Shown: positions 20,731 to 29,793 of the stretch, in pieces
Layout of the letters: the number at the start of each line of letters is the position of its first letter
Numbering within the stretch: position 1 is the stretch's first letter
UHGV virus genome: UHGV-0010228
DNA: 64,000 nt
Source: a virus
Reading direction: 5' to 3' (one strand)
The notes under the pieces: generated by a model
Databases searched by the model: none
Seen by the model: only the letters and a program-made list of their open reading frames with translations
Told to the model about the DNA's origin: nothing
Program-made: the position numbers and the translations under genes

Positions 20731-20770
20731 AAATAAAGATATTGCTAAAATTAAGCAATATCTTTATTAT
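20731..20770. terminator. bidirectional terminator (AAAGATATTGC-TAAAATTA-GCAATATCTTT)
   Basis: 11-bp perfect stem. The minus strand has T-rich 3' flank TTTATTTTTTAT, downstream of gene 20779..21030. Confidence 0.7.
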
Positions 20771-20778
20771 ATGTACAA

Positions 20779-21030
20779 TTATTTAGAATCATCTTTAGAC
20801 GCATCTTCTTCAACTTCAGTCTCTTTGGCGAAATCGTCGAATACATTTTTTGAATCATCCCAGTCGTCGTAGAAAAGATACATTAGAGGTATCATTGCAC
20901 CAGTAATACAGAGCTTATTTGTCGAAGGCTTTTTATTCTGGAATATTAGTGTTAGGACGACAAATAGAACGGCCAATACAAGACATCCAATTTTCTGTCC
21001 AGTTGGATTATCTATTACAGATTTTTGCAA
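20779..21030 (-). CDS. small membrane protein (TTG start; uncertain)
   Basis: 83-aa ORF with TM segment CLVLAVLFVVLTLIF and an acidic tail. No ATG or SD at the 5' end. Confidence 0.3.
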   Translation of the reverse strand: MQKSVIDNPTGQKIGCLVLAVLFVVLTLIFQNKKPSTNKLCITGAMIPLMYLFYDDWDDSKNVFDDFAKETEVEEDASKDDSK

Positions 21031-21055
21031 TTTTAGTGTCTATCATGATTAAATC

Positions 21056-21238
21056 TCACTTTCGTTTAAAACTGCAAATATTTGCTGATTTGGTTATTAC
21101 TGATTTTATAACACCGATTATAGTACGAACAGCAAACTTTGCTTCAATAATAATTGTAAATGCAGCACCTATTCCCATGATTGTGTATATTATTATCATT
21201 ATAAATTCGCCTAAGCTACCCTGAGTATTATTTTTCAT
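21056..21238 (-). CDS. small transmembrane protein (60 aa from the internal ATG)
   Basis: RBS GAAAGGAGGAAAATTGTA before ATG MKNNTQ. TM segment FIMIIIYTIMGIGAAFTIII. Confidence 0.5.
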   Translation of the reverse strand: MKNNTQGSLGEFIMIIIYTIMGIGAAFTIIIEAKFAVRTIIGVIKSVITKSANICSFKRK

Positions 21239-21302
21239 TACAATTTTCCTCCTTTCTTTTTTAACTAAATTAAGATATTTTTTTAACATGAGCATGAGTT
21301 TC

Positions 21303-21345
21303 GTGTTGCATTGCACTATAATAATATATCATTATTTTTTGTCAA
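21303..21345 (-). promoter_or_regulatory. sigma70-like promoter on the minus strand (TTGACA, 17 nt, then ATTATA) with the conserved TGCAATGCAACAC leader. The -35 element overlaps a divergent plus-strand TTGTCA.
   Basis: Second copy of the 27-nt motif, with a canonical -35 at the correct spacing. Confidence 0.5.
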
Positions 21346-21411
21346 TTTTTATAGTCATATAAATAAGGGTATCAACAAAATCTTAATCTTAATAAGGAAG
21401 GAAGTGATAAA

Positions 21412-23283
21412 ATGAATGGTGTTATCACAATGGCTTCCTCTTCGGCTAGTAGTTTATTTGGTAATGTAGGGTGTGGAATTAGAGAATTAATATTGTCTAA
21501 ATTTCCACCAAATTATTTCAAATATACTAATGTATCTACTGAATTAGCATTTAGAAATTTTAGTAGAGTCTTAGGGAGAAATTCATTAAACGAAATTCGT
21601 AAAAGAGTAAAGCCTTATATTGTAATACAACCAGTATATCAAGTTCCTGAACAAGATTCTTTTCTACAGGGAATAAATCTTACTAAAAATATCGATGATT
21701 TAGAATATGGTATTAGTGGTAAAGAATTATTTACTGTACTTAAAGATGATAAATATGATTATAATTTAAAATTCAAATTAAATCGTGATAAAATAGAGTA
21801 TGAAGTAAGAATAGCTGTTGAATCATTGCATCAACAGTTAGATCTTTATAAGGCATTGCAGAATCATATTGTATGGGAGCGTAGTTATTTTCATCCTATG
21901 GCATTAGAATCCGTGATACCTAAGAATGTAATATATTATATAAGTCATTTATGTCGTATGGATGTTGATGAACACCCTGAAATGATACCAGTATTCTTAA
22001 AGCATATGAATGCTGTTAGTGCAGGATATCCTATCACATATAAGATGAGGAATGCTAGTGCTACAGATGAATATTTTATGTATTATATGCATAATGTTGT
22101 AGTTACTTTCTATGACTTTAATTTAGATAGTGTAGAGAAACGTAATATGGTAGATGATCATTACGAATTATCATTTAGGGTATCTGCAGAATTTAATTTA
22201 CCAGGATTATATATCATAGATGGTAATGTTGATCATGCATATCAGATTAAGAGTTGGATTGAAAGTAAACCAGATATAAATAGTATATCAGATGCAGATA
22301 CTGATTATATACCACTATTTACATATTCTAATTTATGGAATAGATATCCTAGAGAGAAGAATGGTATGCAGTTGTATGGTACTACTATATTTACCACTGA
22401 TAATAAAAATAGTAGATATCATTATGATAATATTGATATTGGTTCCGTATTCGACTTGGACCATACAAGAGTTATCAATTATTATGCATCATATAATAGC
22501 CTAGATACTATTATGCAAGTATATGTACTTAAGAATCAACATGAATTAGAAAGAGGAACGGAATTCTATTTTGATTGGAGTGCTATGGATGTAGTTATTA
22601 TTAATCCTGATAATAAAGCAACTTATAGACTTATAATTTACATAGATTCTGCTAGATTTAATGAAATAATAAGAGATAAAATTGAAGAAACTTATATATC
22701 TGATAAATCTAAACTTAAAGAAAATAAGATCGATTGGATGCATATGTTTGATTCATATAAAATTCCAACTTTCTTATTGGATAAGGACTGTTTTGATGAT
22801 CATGATGAGTTCTACATAAAGATTGATGATGAAGAACAGTCTGTTGGTATCAGTAATGTACATGATAAAGAATTTACAAATATTGAAGAAGCCAATAATA
22901 AACCATTCGGTATGGAATCTATATTTATTCTTTCAGTATGGGAATATATCTTCGGAGTTGATAGGGCTAAATTATTATTAAAGACTCAGAAGTTTGATGA
23001 ATATAGTTATGGATACTATATGTACGATGATGATAATGAAAAATGTTATATCACTAACTTTATTACATATAATCCAGAAGAAAAATCAGACTATTATGTT
23101 CAAATAATGTTTAGTTGGAAAAATATCTTAGGCGATAATTGCTTCGAATTATATGGATCTGATATATCTGATGATAATAAATCTGAAACGTTTATGATAA
23201 TAGATGGAAAGAGATATTCTATAACGAACTTTGTTGATAACTATAAGACATCTCGTCCATCAGATGATATAATTCGCATATGA
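21412..23283 (+). CDS. hypothetical protein (623 aa)
   Basis: RBS AAGGAAGGAAG. Confidence 0.7.
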   Translation: MNGVITMASSSASSLFGNVGCGIRELILSKFPPNYFKYTNVSTELAFRNFSRVLGRNSLNEIRKRVKPYIVIQPVYQVPEQDSFLQGINLTKNIDDLEYGISGKELFTVLKDDKYDYNLKFKLNRDKIEYEVRIAVESLHQQLDLYKALQNHIVWERSYFHPMALESVIPKNVIYYISHLCRMDVDEHPEMIPVFLKHMNAVSAGYPITYKMRNASATDEYFMYYMHNVVVTFYDFNLDSVEKRNMVDDHYELSFRVSAEFNLPGLYIIDGNVDHAYQIKSWIESKPDINSISDADTDYIPLFTYSNLWNRYPREKNGMQLYGTTIFTTDNKNSRYHYDNIDIGSVFDLDHTRVINYYASYNSLDTIMQVYVLKNQHELERGTEFYFDWSAMDVVIINPDNKATYRLIIYIDSARFNEIIRDKIEETYISDKSKLKENKIDWMHMFDSYKIPTFLLDKDCFDDHDEFYIKIDDEEQSVGISNVHDKEFTNIEEANNKPFGMESIFILSVWEYIFGVDRAKLLLKTQKFDEYSYGYYMYDDDNEKCYITNFITYNPEEKSDYYVQIMFSWKNILGDNCFELYGSDISDDNKSETFMIIDGKRYSITNFVDNYKTSRPSDDIIRI

Positions 23284-23368
23284 TAATAATCAAACAAATG
23301 CATAAAGCTTAATTAATATATTTTGGTATTAATTAATCCTTTGAGATTTTAATAAAGGAGGTTATAAT

Positions 23369-24574
23369 ATGCCACACGATATATTATATGATACAACATA
23401 TATATCAAAAGATGGTGAACGGAATGGATATCCATATCCAAATCCTAACGGATATCCACCTCCACCACCATATCCACCGTACCCGTACCCACCATATCCT
23501 GGGCAGCCTGTACCTCCTCCACCAAAGCCACCAACAACGAGTGATATTAATAAACCGTACTATGCAACTCATGGTACGCCTACTAAAATCACTCCGATGT
23601 TTAGGACTATTAATGGAGTAGAATATCAGGTATTACCAGAAACGGTTACAGATGCGGTATATGATCGTGATGGACTTAATCTTACAGCAATTCTTGAATC
23701 ACTTGCAAGAACTGAAGATCTTAAACCATTTACAAATCGTCTTGAGCAGCTCAAGATGGCTGTTACAATTAAAGGCATTCTTGTAAATGATGAGGTAAGT
23801 AACGCAATAGATAAGCTTTATGGTATGACATCTATGTCCATAGGTGATTTATACTTAGTAGAATCAAGGAATTTTGGTAGTGAAGTAAGTTATGATCAGT
23901 ATTTATATGTAGGAATTGAACATGGATGGATGTATTGTGGTACATCAGTACAAGCACAGAATGTAACTGCATATATACATACACATGTAAATAAAGATGT
24001 ACTTGATGCTATACCAGAATTAGTTGCTGATAAAGAAATAGTTCCACCTGGATCTGTATTAATGACAGCTGGTGATGGAACATCATTAATGTGGGCCGAC
24101 GGAGTTATAACAGAAGTAACTTTAAAAGAACACAATGATGATCAAAAAGCTCATCCATATTTAAGATTCTTAATAAATGAAAAAGCTGATAAAGCTATTG
24201 GATATAATGATGTGCTTAAGGTTGATAATTGGACAGAATCTGCAGATGGACAGAATTTTGTGTATGAATATATTAGCAAATATATTCCTGATAATGCATA
24301 TGTTTCAATTCTTCCTATAGAAGATTCAGCGGGAAAGATTGCTGATGCTATTTCTAAAGCTGAAATTCAGTCAAGTTTTGAAATTAGTAGTCCTATATCA
24401 GGAATTACCAGAGCGGTTATTCGTGCAACATATAGACCTACTATAGATATTCCAATCTTTGTAAAGGTCGATCACGATTTAGTAATGCAGGATAATGAAA
24501 TCCCAGATAAGTGCCAGAATTGTAAGTGCTTTGATGGGGAACATTGTTGCATGAGCACATGCATTCATTACTAA
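23369..24574 (+). CDS. proline-rich protein (PYPPYPYPPYPGQPVPPPPKPP N-terminus, Cys-rich C-terminus CQNCKCFDGEHCCMSTCIHY). Possible tail or fibre component.
   Basis: RBS AAAGGAGG. 401 aa. Confidence 0.7.
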   Translation: MPHDILYDTTYISKDGERNGYPYPNPNGYPPPPPYPPYPYPPYPGQPVPPPPKPPTTSDINKPYYATHGTPTKITPMFRTINGVEYQVLPETVTDAVYDRDGLNLTAILESLARTEDLKPFTNRLEQLKMAVTIKGILVNDEVSNAIDKLYGMTSMSIGDLYLVESRNFGSEVSYDQYLYVGIEHGWMYCGTSVQAQNVTAYIHTHVNKDVLDAIPELVADKEIVPPGSVLMTAGDGTSLMWADGVITEVTLKEHNDDQKAHPYLRFLINEKADKAIGYNDVLKVDNWTESADGQNFVYEYISKYIPDNAYVSILPIEDSAGKIADAISKAEIQSSFEISSPISGITRAVIRATYRPTIDIPIFVKVDHDLVMQDNEIPDKCQNCKCFDGEHCCMSTCIHY

Positions 24575-24659
24575 ACATTTATATTAATAATATGAATCAT
24601 TTTTTGATTCGTTTTATTCTCATATTTTATAAATAATTTATAAAAGGAGGAAATTTCAC

Positions 24660-25838
24660 ATGAGTGGAAAAGTAATTGGTTCATTTAATCTGCCAACACC
24701 GAAGCCACATACAACTAACGTAATTTCTAAGGTTAGAGGCGAAGGTCAGACTGATGCAGCTATAATTGCTGAAGTTATTGCAGATGGATCATATGTTCTT
24801 GCTGCTGGCGATATGCTCACTATTCTTGATATGAAGGATGAGTCTATCGTTGGTGAGGTTGCATATGCCTATGATGGTACAGAATTTAAGCCATTAAATT
24901 ATGCATTAGATGCATCTAAGGTATACTTTACATCAGACATTACATGTGCAGGTCAGTATACTGCAGTTGGTAATGTTACTAAGTCTACTACAGGTACAAC
25001 TACAATTGCATCTTCAGGTAAGACAGTAATGGATGTATTCCAGACTATCTTTACTAAGAAGCTTCAGCCAACTATCACTAAGCAGCCATCAGTAACGGGT
25101 TTTGCTCTTACTGGTGCTGGTAAGGTGGAAGCTGGTACTAAGGTTGCTTCTGCAGTATTTGGTACTGCTAAGCTTGATCCAGGTGCTTATACTTATGGTC
25201 CAGCAACTGGTATTGAAGCTGCTGCATTCTCTGTAGATAGAGTTGCACTCCCTGCAGACTCTAGTGCAACAGGTGTTGTAGCTGCAGCTAGTGGTACTGA
25301 TGATAATGGTGGTGCTGGTTTCATAATTGGTGACCAGGGTGGTGATGGAGTTGTTTCTTCACTCGCTTATAAGTGTACAGTAACTTACCCAGAAGGTGCA
25401 GTTGCTAACGATAACCTTGGTGGTGCATCTGATCCAGTTGTTAAGATTGCCGCTGGTTCTAAGACTCTTACTACAACAGCTTATACACCATTCAGAAAGT
25501 ATTTCTATGGTTGCAAGACTTCTCAGGTAGATGAAGTTAATTCTGCATTTGTAAGAGGCCTCACTAACTCTACCGGTGCTGCCGCTAAGGGTACTAAGAT
25601 CACAATCTCAGTTCCTGGTGGTGCAACTAGAGTTGTAATTGCTTATCCTGCTACACTCGGTGATCTCACTGCAGTTGAGGATAAGAATGCTTTTGGTACA
25701 GATATCAAGGGCTCATTCGTTAAATCTGTAGTAGCAGTTGAAGGTGCGAATGGTTATACTGCAATCGATTACAAAGTATATGTAATGGATTCAGGTATTG
25801 CTCTTGCCGCTAATACTCTTACTGCTACAATCGGTTAA
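24660..25838 (+). CDS. Ala/Gly/Thr-rich abundant structural protein (expression-optimised codon usage). Its role is unknown; possibly a major tail or fibre component.
   Basis: RBS AAAAGGAGGAAA. 392 aa, beta-rich composition, GCT/GGT/ACT codon bias like the sheath gene. Confidence 0.65.
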   Translation: MSGKVIGSFNLPTPKPHTTNVISKVRGEGQTDAAIIAEVIADGSYVLAAGDMLTILDMKDESIVGEVAYAYDGTEFKPLNYALDASKVYFTSDITCAGQYTAVGNVTKSTTGTTTIASSGKTVMDVFQTIFTKKLQPTITKQPSVTGFALTGAGKVEAGTKVASAVFGTAKLDPGAYTYGPATGIEAAAFSVDRVALPADSSATGVVAAASGTDDNGGAGFIIGDQGGDGVVSSLAYKCTVTYPEGAVANDNLGGASDPVVKIAAGSKTLTTTAYTPFRKYFYGCKTSQVDEVNSAFVRGLTNSTGAAAKGTKITISVPGGATRVVIAYPATLGDLTAVEDKNAFGTDIKGSFVKSVVAVEGANGYTAIDYKVYVMDSGIALAANTLTATIG

Positions 25839-25857
25839 TAGAAGGGAGGATAAATAA

Positions 25858-28800
25858 ATGGCTAATTTTGAATTTAATGGAGCAACATTAGACTGGGCGT
25901 TAGCGTTTAAGCGTACTGGTGCGTTCCCAGTTGATCTCTCTTCAATGTTCACTTCTTATGCTGATGCTGTAAAGTATGCAGCAGGAGACGGTTCTGATGC
26001 TAGAGGACTTGGAAAGACATCATATATTGGTCAGCCAATCGTAGTATCAGAAAATGATGAAGTTCATATGTATATCATTAAGAGTGATAGAACTCTTGGT
26101 GAAGTTGGTGCAGCATTCAATGGTGATAACGTTTCTCTGGTAGTTACTGACAATGAGGATGGTTCTAAGACACTTGCAGTCGCTGGTGTTAAGGATGCTA
26201 CAGTTGGTCAGACTCCAGTTATTTATAATGCAGGTACTGAAGAATCACCTGTAATGGGTATTAAGTGGATAACTCCAGACACTTCTACTGTAGAAGGACT
26301 TACAACAACAGTTGGAAATCTTAAGACTACAGTTGAAGAGCATACTACTACACTTGGTACACATGGTACAGATATTGAAGATCTCAAGACAGGTAAGGCT
26401 GATAAGGCTACTACACTCGCTGGTTATGGTATCGAAGATGCTTATACTAAGAGCGAAATTGATGGTAAGCTTACTGGTGCTCTTCATTATAAGGGTACAA
26501 AGGAAACATTTGAAGCTCTTACAACAGATACTGAATATACGCCTACAATTGGTGATACATGGAACATTACAACAGCTGGTGGTACTGATGCTAGTGGTAC
26601 TGCTATTAAGGCTGGAGATAATGTTATTTATAATGGTACTGGTTGGGATGCTTCGTCAGGTACAACTGATCTTTCTGCATACTATACTAAGAATGAAGTA
26701 AATACTACAGTTAGTGGTATTAATGATAAGATCACTGCTATAAATGAAAAACTCGATACTGTTTCATCAGATGCAACTAAGGCTGAAAAGTCAGATGTTA
26801 ATGGTAACATCAAGATTGATGGTGTTGAAACTAAGGTTTATACTCTTCCAACTGCAGGTGAAGATCTTGGTGGTATTAAGTCTGCTACTGGCGATAATAA
26901 GGTTGTAGTTGATACTGAATCTGGAGAAGCAAGCGTTGCTTCTATTGCGGCGTCTACAATCAATGGCCAGACTACAGCAGATAAGCTTTACATCAACGAA
27001 GCTGCTGTTGCTGTTGCTGATATATTTGAAACAACTGGTGCTGCTAAGTCTGCTTCTAAGGTTAATAAGACTCTCAAGATTGGTGAGAAGGAATTTGATG
27101 GTTCCGCTGCAGTCGAAATTACATCTGCTGATGTTCCATTACCTGCAGACGTTGCTAAAACAGCAGATATTACTAAGCTTCAGGAACAGATTACTGCAAA
27201 TGGTACAGCTATAGAAGGCCTTAAGACTGATAAGGCTGATGTAGCAACTACACTTGCCGGTTATGGTATTGCTGATGCTTATACTAAGTCTGAAGTTGAT
27301 ACTGAACTTGCTAAGAAGCTCGAAGCTGCAGCTCTCGATAATTATGTAGAATATACTGACTATGCTACTGCTGAAAAGGGTGGTACAGTTAAGTCTTCTG
27401 AAGCTAAGGATGAAATCCTTGTTAAGTCAACTGGTATTATGAGCCTTAATACAGTATCTGCTGATAAGGTTGATGGTACAGTTGCTTCTGCTGCTGATGT
27501 AACTTCTACTATAAATGGTAAGGCAATTAGCACTATCTTTGAAGAAGATGGTGTAACAGCTAAGGCTGCTTCTAAGCTCGCTGCTGCTAGAACTATTTCT
27601 GTTGCTGGTGCTGCTACTGGTAGTGCAACATTTGATGGTTCAGGTGATGCTGAAATTACTGTTGCGCTTAAGGATTCTGGTGTAACTGCAGGTACTTACA
27701 CAAAGGTAACTGTAGATGCTAAGGGTCTTGTAACTGAAGGTGCTGCACTTGCTGCTGCTGATATTCCTGATCTTACACTTGCTAAGATTACAGATGCTAA
27801 GGCACTTGCTGCTAAAGATAAGGTAGCTAGAACTGATATCACTGAAGAATTTGAAGCTGAAATTGCTGCACTTGAAGGTGCTAATCATACACATGATAAC
27901 AAGTCAGTTCTTGATGGTATTTCATCTGCAAAGGTAACTGCATGGGATAAGGCTGTTGAAGATGTTGCTAAGAAGGCAGATTCTGCAACAACTCTTGCTG
28001 GTTATGGTATTGAAGATGCTTATACTAAGGCTGAAGTAAATGGTATGGTTGCTGGTGCATTCCACTATAAGGGTACAAAGGAAACTCTTGCTGCTCTTAC
28101 TGGTGATACTGAATATACGCCTGCAACTGGTGATACATGGAACATTACAACAGCTGGTGGTACTGATGCTAATGGTACTGCTATTAAGGCTGGAGATAAT
28201 GTTTGCTATAATGGTGAAGGATGGGATGTACTTGCTGGTACAACTGATCTTTCTGCATACTACAACAGAACTGAAGTCAATGACGCATTAGCTAAGAAGG
28301 CTGACAAGGATGCATTCGATACAGTATCTGGTAAGGTAGATACACTTGTAACTGAAGTTGAAGATGCTGAAACTGGTCTCATTAAGAAGGTTACTGATGT
28401 TGTAGCTGAGTCTGCTCAGAATAAGAAGGACATCACAACTATTAATGAAACTACAATTCCAGCTCTTGATACTAGAGTTAAGAGTGCAGAAGAATCACTC
28501 GCTGCACTTACAGGTGATGGTGAAGATTCTGTTGCTGCAAAGGTTAAGGCTGTTGACGATAAGGTTACAGAATTAACTACAACAGTTACTGATAATAAGA
28601 CAGCATTTGATGATCATCTTACAGCTGAAACTGCTCATAAGGCTCTCTTTGATAAGAAGGCTGATAAGCCATTCAGTGCTACAGTAACATTTACTAGAGC
28701 TGCTAATGCTACAGCTCTTACTGGAACTATGACTAATGCTGCATTTGCTGAAGATATTGATTACATTATCAATCTTAATGCTGCTACTGCAGCTGCAGAG

Positions 28801-28959
28801 AATGTAATTCGTGAACTCGAATGCTCTACAGTTCCAACTATTACAATTAGTGCTGGTAAGGCAGAAATTTCTATCGAATGTGCTGCTAAAACTAGCGAAA
28901 CTGAGTCTACTGCTGAGATTACAGTTCAGGTATTTCCAGCAGGTACTACAGTAGCGTAA
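25858..28959 (+). CDS. long fibrous structural protein with internal repeats (three copies of ATTLAGYGIEDAYTKSE, two ~105-aa duplicated modules). Putative fibre.
   Basis: 1033 aa. RBS GAAGGGAGGA. Ala/Thr-rich. Confidence 0.75.
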   Translation: MANFEFNGATLDWALAFKRTGAFPVDLSSMFTSYADAVKYAAGDGSDARGLGKTSYIGQPIVVSENDEVHMYIIKSDRTLGEVGAAFNGDNVSLVVTDNEDGSKTLAVAGVKDATVGQTPVIYNAGTEESPVMGIKWITPDTSTVEGLTTTVGNLKTTVEEHTTTLGTHGTDIEDLKTGKADKATTLAGYGIEDAYTKSEIDGKLTGALHYKGTKETFEALTTDTEYTPTIGDTWNITTAGGTDASGTAIKAGDNVIYNGTGWDASSGTTDLSAYYTKNEVNTTVSGINDKITAINEKLDTVSSDATKAEKSDVNGNIKIDGVETKVYTLPTAGEDLGGIKSATGDNKVVVDTESGEASVASIAASTINGQTTADKLYINEAAVAVADIFETTGAAKSASKVNKTLKIGEKEFDGSAAVEITSADVPLPADVAKTADITKLQEQITANGTAIEGLKTDKADVATTLAGYGIADAYTKSEVDTELAKKLEAAALDNYVEYTDYATAEKGGTVKSSEAKDEILVKSTGIMSLNTVSADKVDGTVASAADVTSTINGKAISTIFEEDGVTAKAASKLAAARTISVAGAATGSATFDGSGDAEITVALKDSGVTAGTYTKVTVDAKGLVTEGAALAAADIPDLTLAKITDAKALAAKDKVARTDITEEFEAEIAALEGANHTHDNKSVLDGISSAKVTAWDKAVEDVAKKADSATTLAGYGIEDAYTKAEVNGMVAGAFHYKGTKETLAALTGDTEYTPATGDTWNITTAGGTDANGTAIKAGDNVCYNGEGWDVLAGTTDLSAYYNRTEVNDALAKKADKDAFDTVSGKVDTLVTEVEDAETGLIKKVTDVVAESAQNKKDITTINETTIPALDTRVKSAEESLAALTGDGEDSVAAKVKAVDDKVTELTTTVTDNKTAFDDHLTAETAHKALFDKKADKPFSATVTFTRAANATALTGTMTNAAFAEDIDYIINLNAATAAAENVIRELECSTVPTITISAGKAEISIECAAKTSETESTAEITVQVFPAGTTVA
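26385..26710 (+). repeat. copy 1 of a ~320-bp intragenic duplication (about 88% nt identity to 27981..28290)
   Basis: Direct nucleotide comparison of ...GGTACAAAGGAAAC...GGTGATACATGGAACATTACAACAGCTGGTGGTACTGATGCT... The same duplication shows up as parallel out-of-frame ORFs 26312..26701 and 28040..28291 in the track. Confidence 0.8.
27981..28290 (+). repeat. copy 2 of the intragenic duplication. A shorter third partial copy lies at ~27235..27320.
   Basis: See copy 1. Confidence 0.8.
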
Positions 28960-28990
28960 TATAAATAACCTCACTATTTAATAATTAATT

Positions 28991-29030
28991 TAAATAGGGG
29001 GGGGGGTAAAATTACCCCCCCCCTATTTAA
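28991..29030 (+). terminator. palindromic terminator containing homopolymer tracts (TTAAATAG-G10-TAAAATTA-C9-CTATTTAA)
   Basis: Perfect 16-bp stem read directly from the sequence. G10 and C9 runs are exceptional in this AT-rich DNA. Confidence 0.75.
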
Positions 29031-29091
29031 TGCATATATTTAGCACTCAACTCACGCATTATTTCATCATACTTTAGGAGGGTTAGAAACC

Positions 29092-29292
29092 ATGGCAAAA
29101 ACAATTCGCGGAACACTTATTGTTCCACCAAAAATAAGTGAATCCCTCAAACAAGAAATACAGGATGAAATCAAAAATGCGTCAGTTGACTATAGTCAAC
29201 TGACTAATATTCCCGTTTTAAAAATTGGAGATTACGTTTTTGATGGATCATCCAGTTTAACTATTCCAGTATATAATGGCTCAATAAAATGA
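29092..29292 (+). CDS. small protein with the fibre-type N-terminus MAKTIRGTLIVPPK (shared with gene 38871)
   Basis: 66 aa. RBS GGAGGG. Confidence 0.5.
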   Translation: MAKTIRGTLIVPPKISESLKQEIQDEIKNASVDYSQLTNIPVLKIGDYVFDGSSSLTIPVYNGSIK

Positions 29293-29314
29293 TACTATAT
29301 TCTGGAGGTAAATT

Positions 29315-29773
29315 ATGAATCTAATTGTAAATGAAAAAAATAATTGGGAATTGAATGGAGTATTAAGTACGAATGAGTACAATACAACATTAACAACTGC
29401 AGGATCATTTGTTGACAGAAATATTGAACTTCATATTAGAACGCCTGAAGGAAAAGCTACAATATCGAATGTAACATTAACAGTTGATCCTGAAATAAAT
29501 TACAATTCGGAAAAAGATAATTATAAAATTACAGTTTCAAATACAGTTCAATTATCTCCAGACGTAACACCAGGTTGGATCGAACAAGGAACTAGTGGTA
29601 ATGTTACGATTACTGGAGGTATAGAACTTAATAAGAGTGCGATGACTTCTTCTTTGATAACTGATGAATCAACAAATTCTGGATATAGATATTATAGAAC
29701 ATCTGCATCTGCAGGATATAATGATAATAATTTAAATTCAGATATTGAAGTATATCAAGGAGAATTTAAATAA
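29315..29773 (+). CDS. fibre-module protein (its N-terminal ~60 aa are homologous to the N-termini of 29794 and 31695)
   Basis: RBS GGAGG. LTTAGSFVDRNIELHIRTPEG aligns with FATAGKYVDKDIAFSVKAKDG. Confidence 0.6.
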   Translation: MNLIVNEKNNWELNGVLSTNEYNTTLTTAGSFVDRNIELHIRTPEGKATISNVTLTVDPEINYNSEKDNYKITVSNTVQLSPDVTPGWIEQGTSGNVTITGGIELNKSAMTSSLITDESTNSGYRYYRTSASAGYNDNNLNSDIEVYQGEFK

Positions 29774-29793
29774 ATTGAGGGAGGAATTTGAAT

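Noticed and set aside
26385-28290. Possible diversity-generating retroelement (template/variable repeat pair) inside the 1033-aa fibre gene
   Set aside because: The differences between the two ~320-bp copies are not confined to adenine positions. Both copies are coding and in the same gene. No reverse transcriptase gene is present in the window. Ordinary intragenic duplication explains it.
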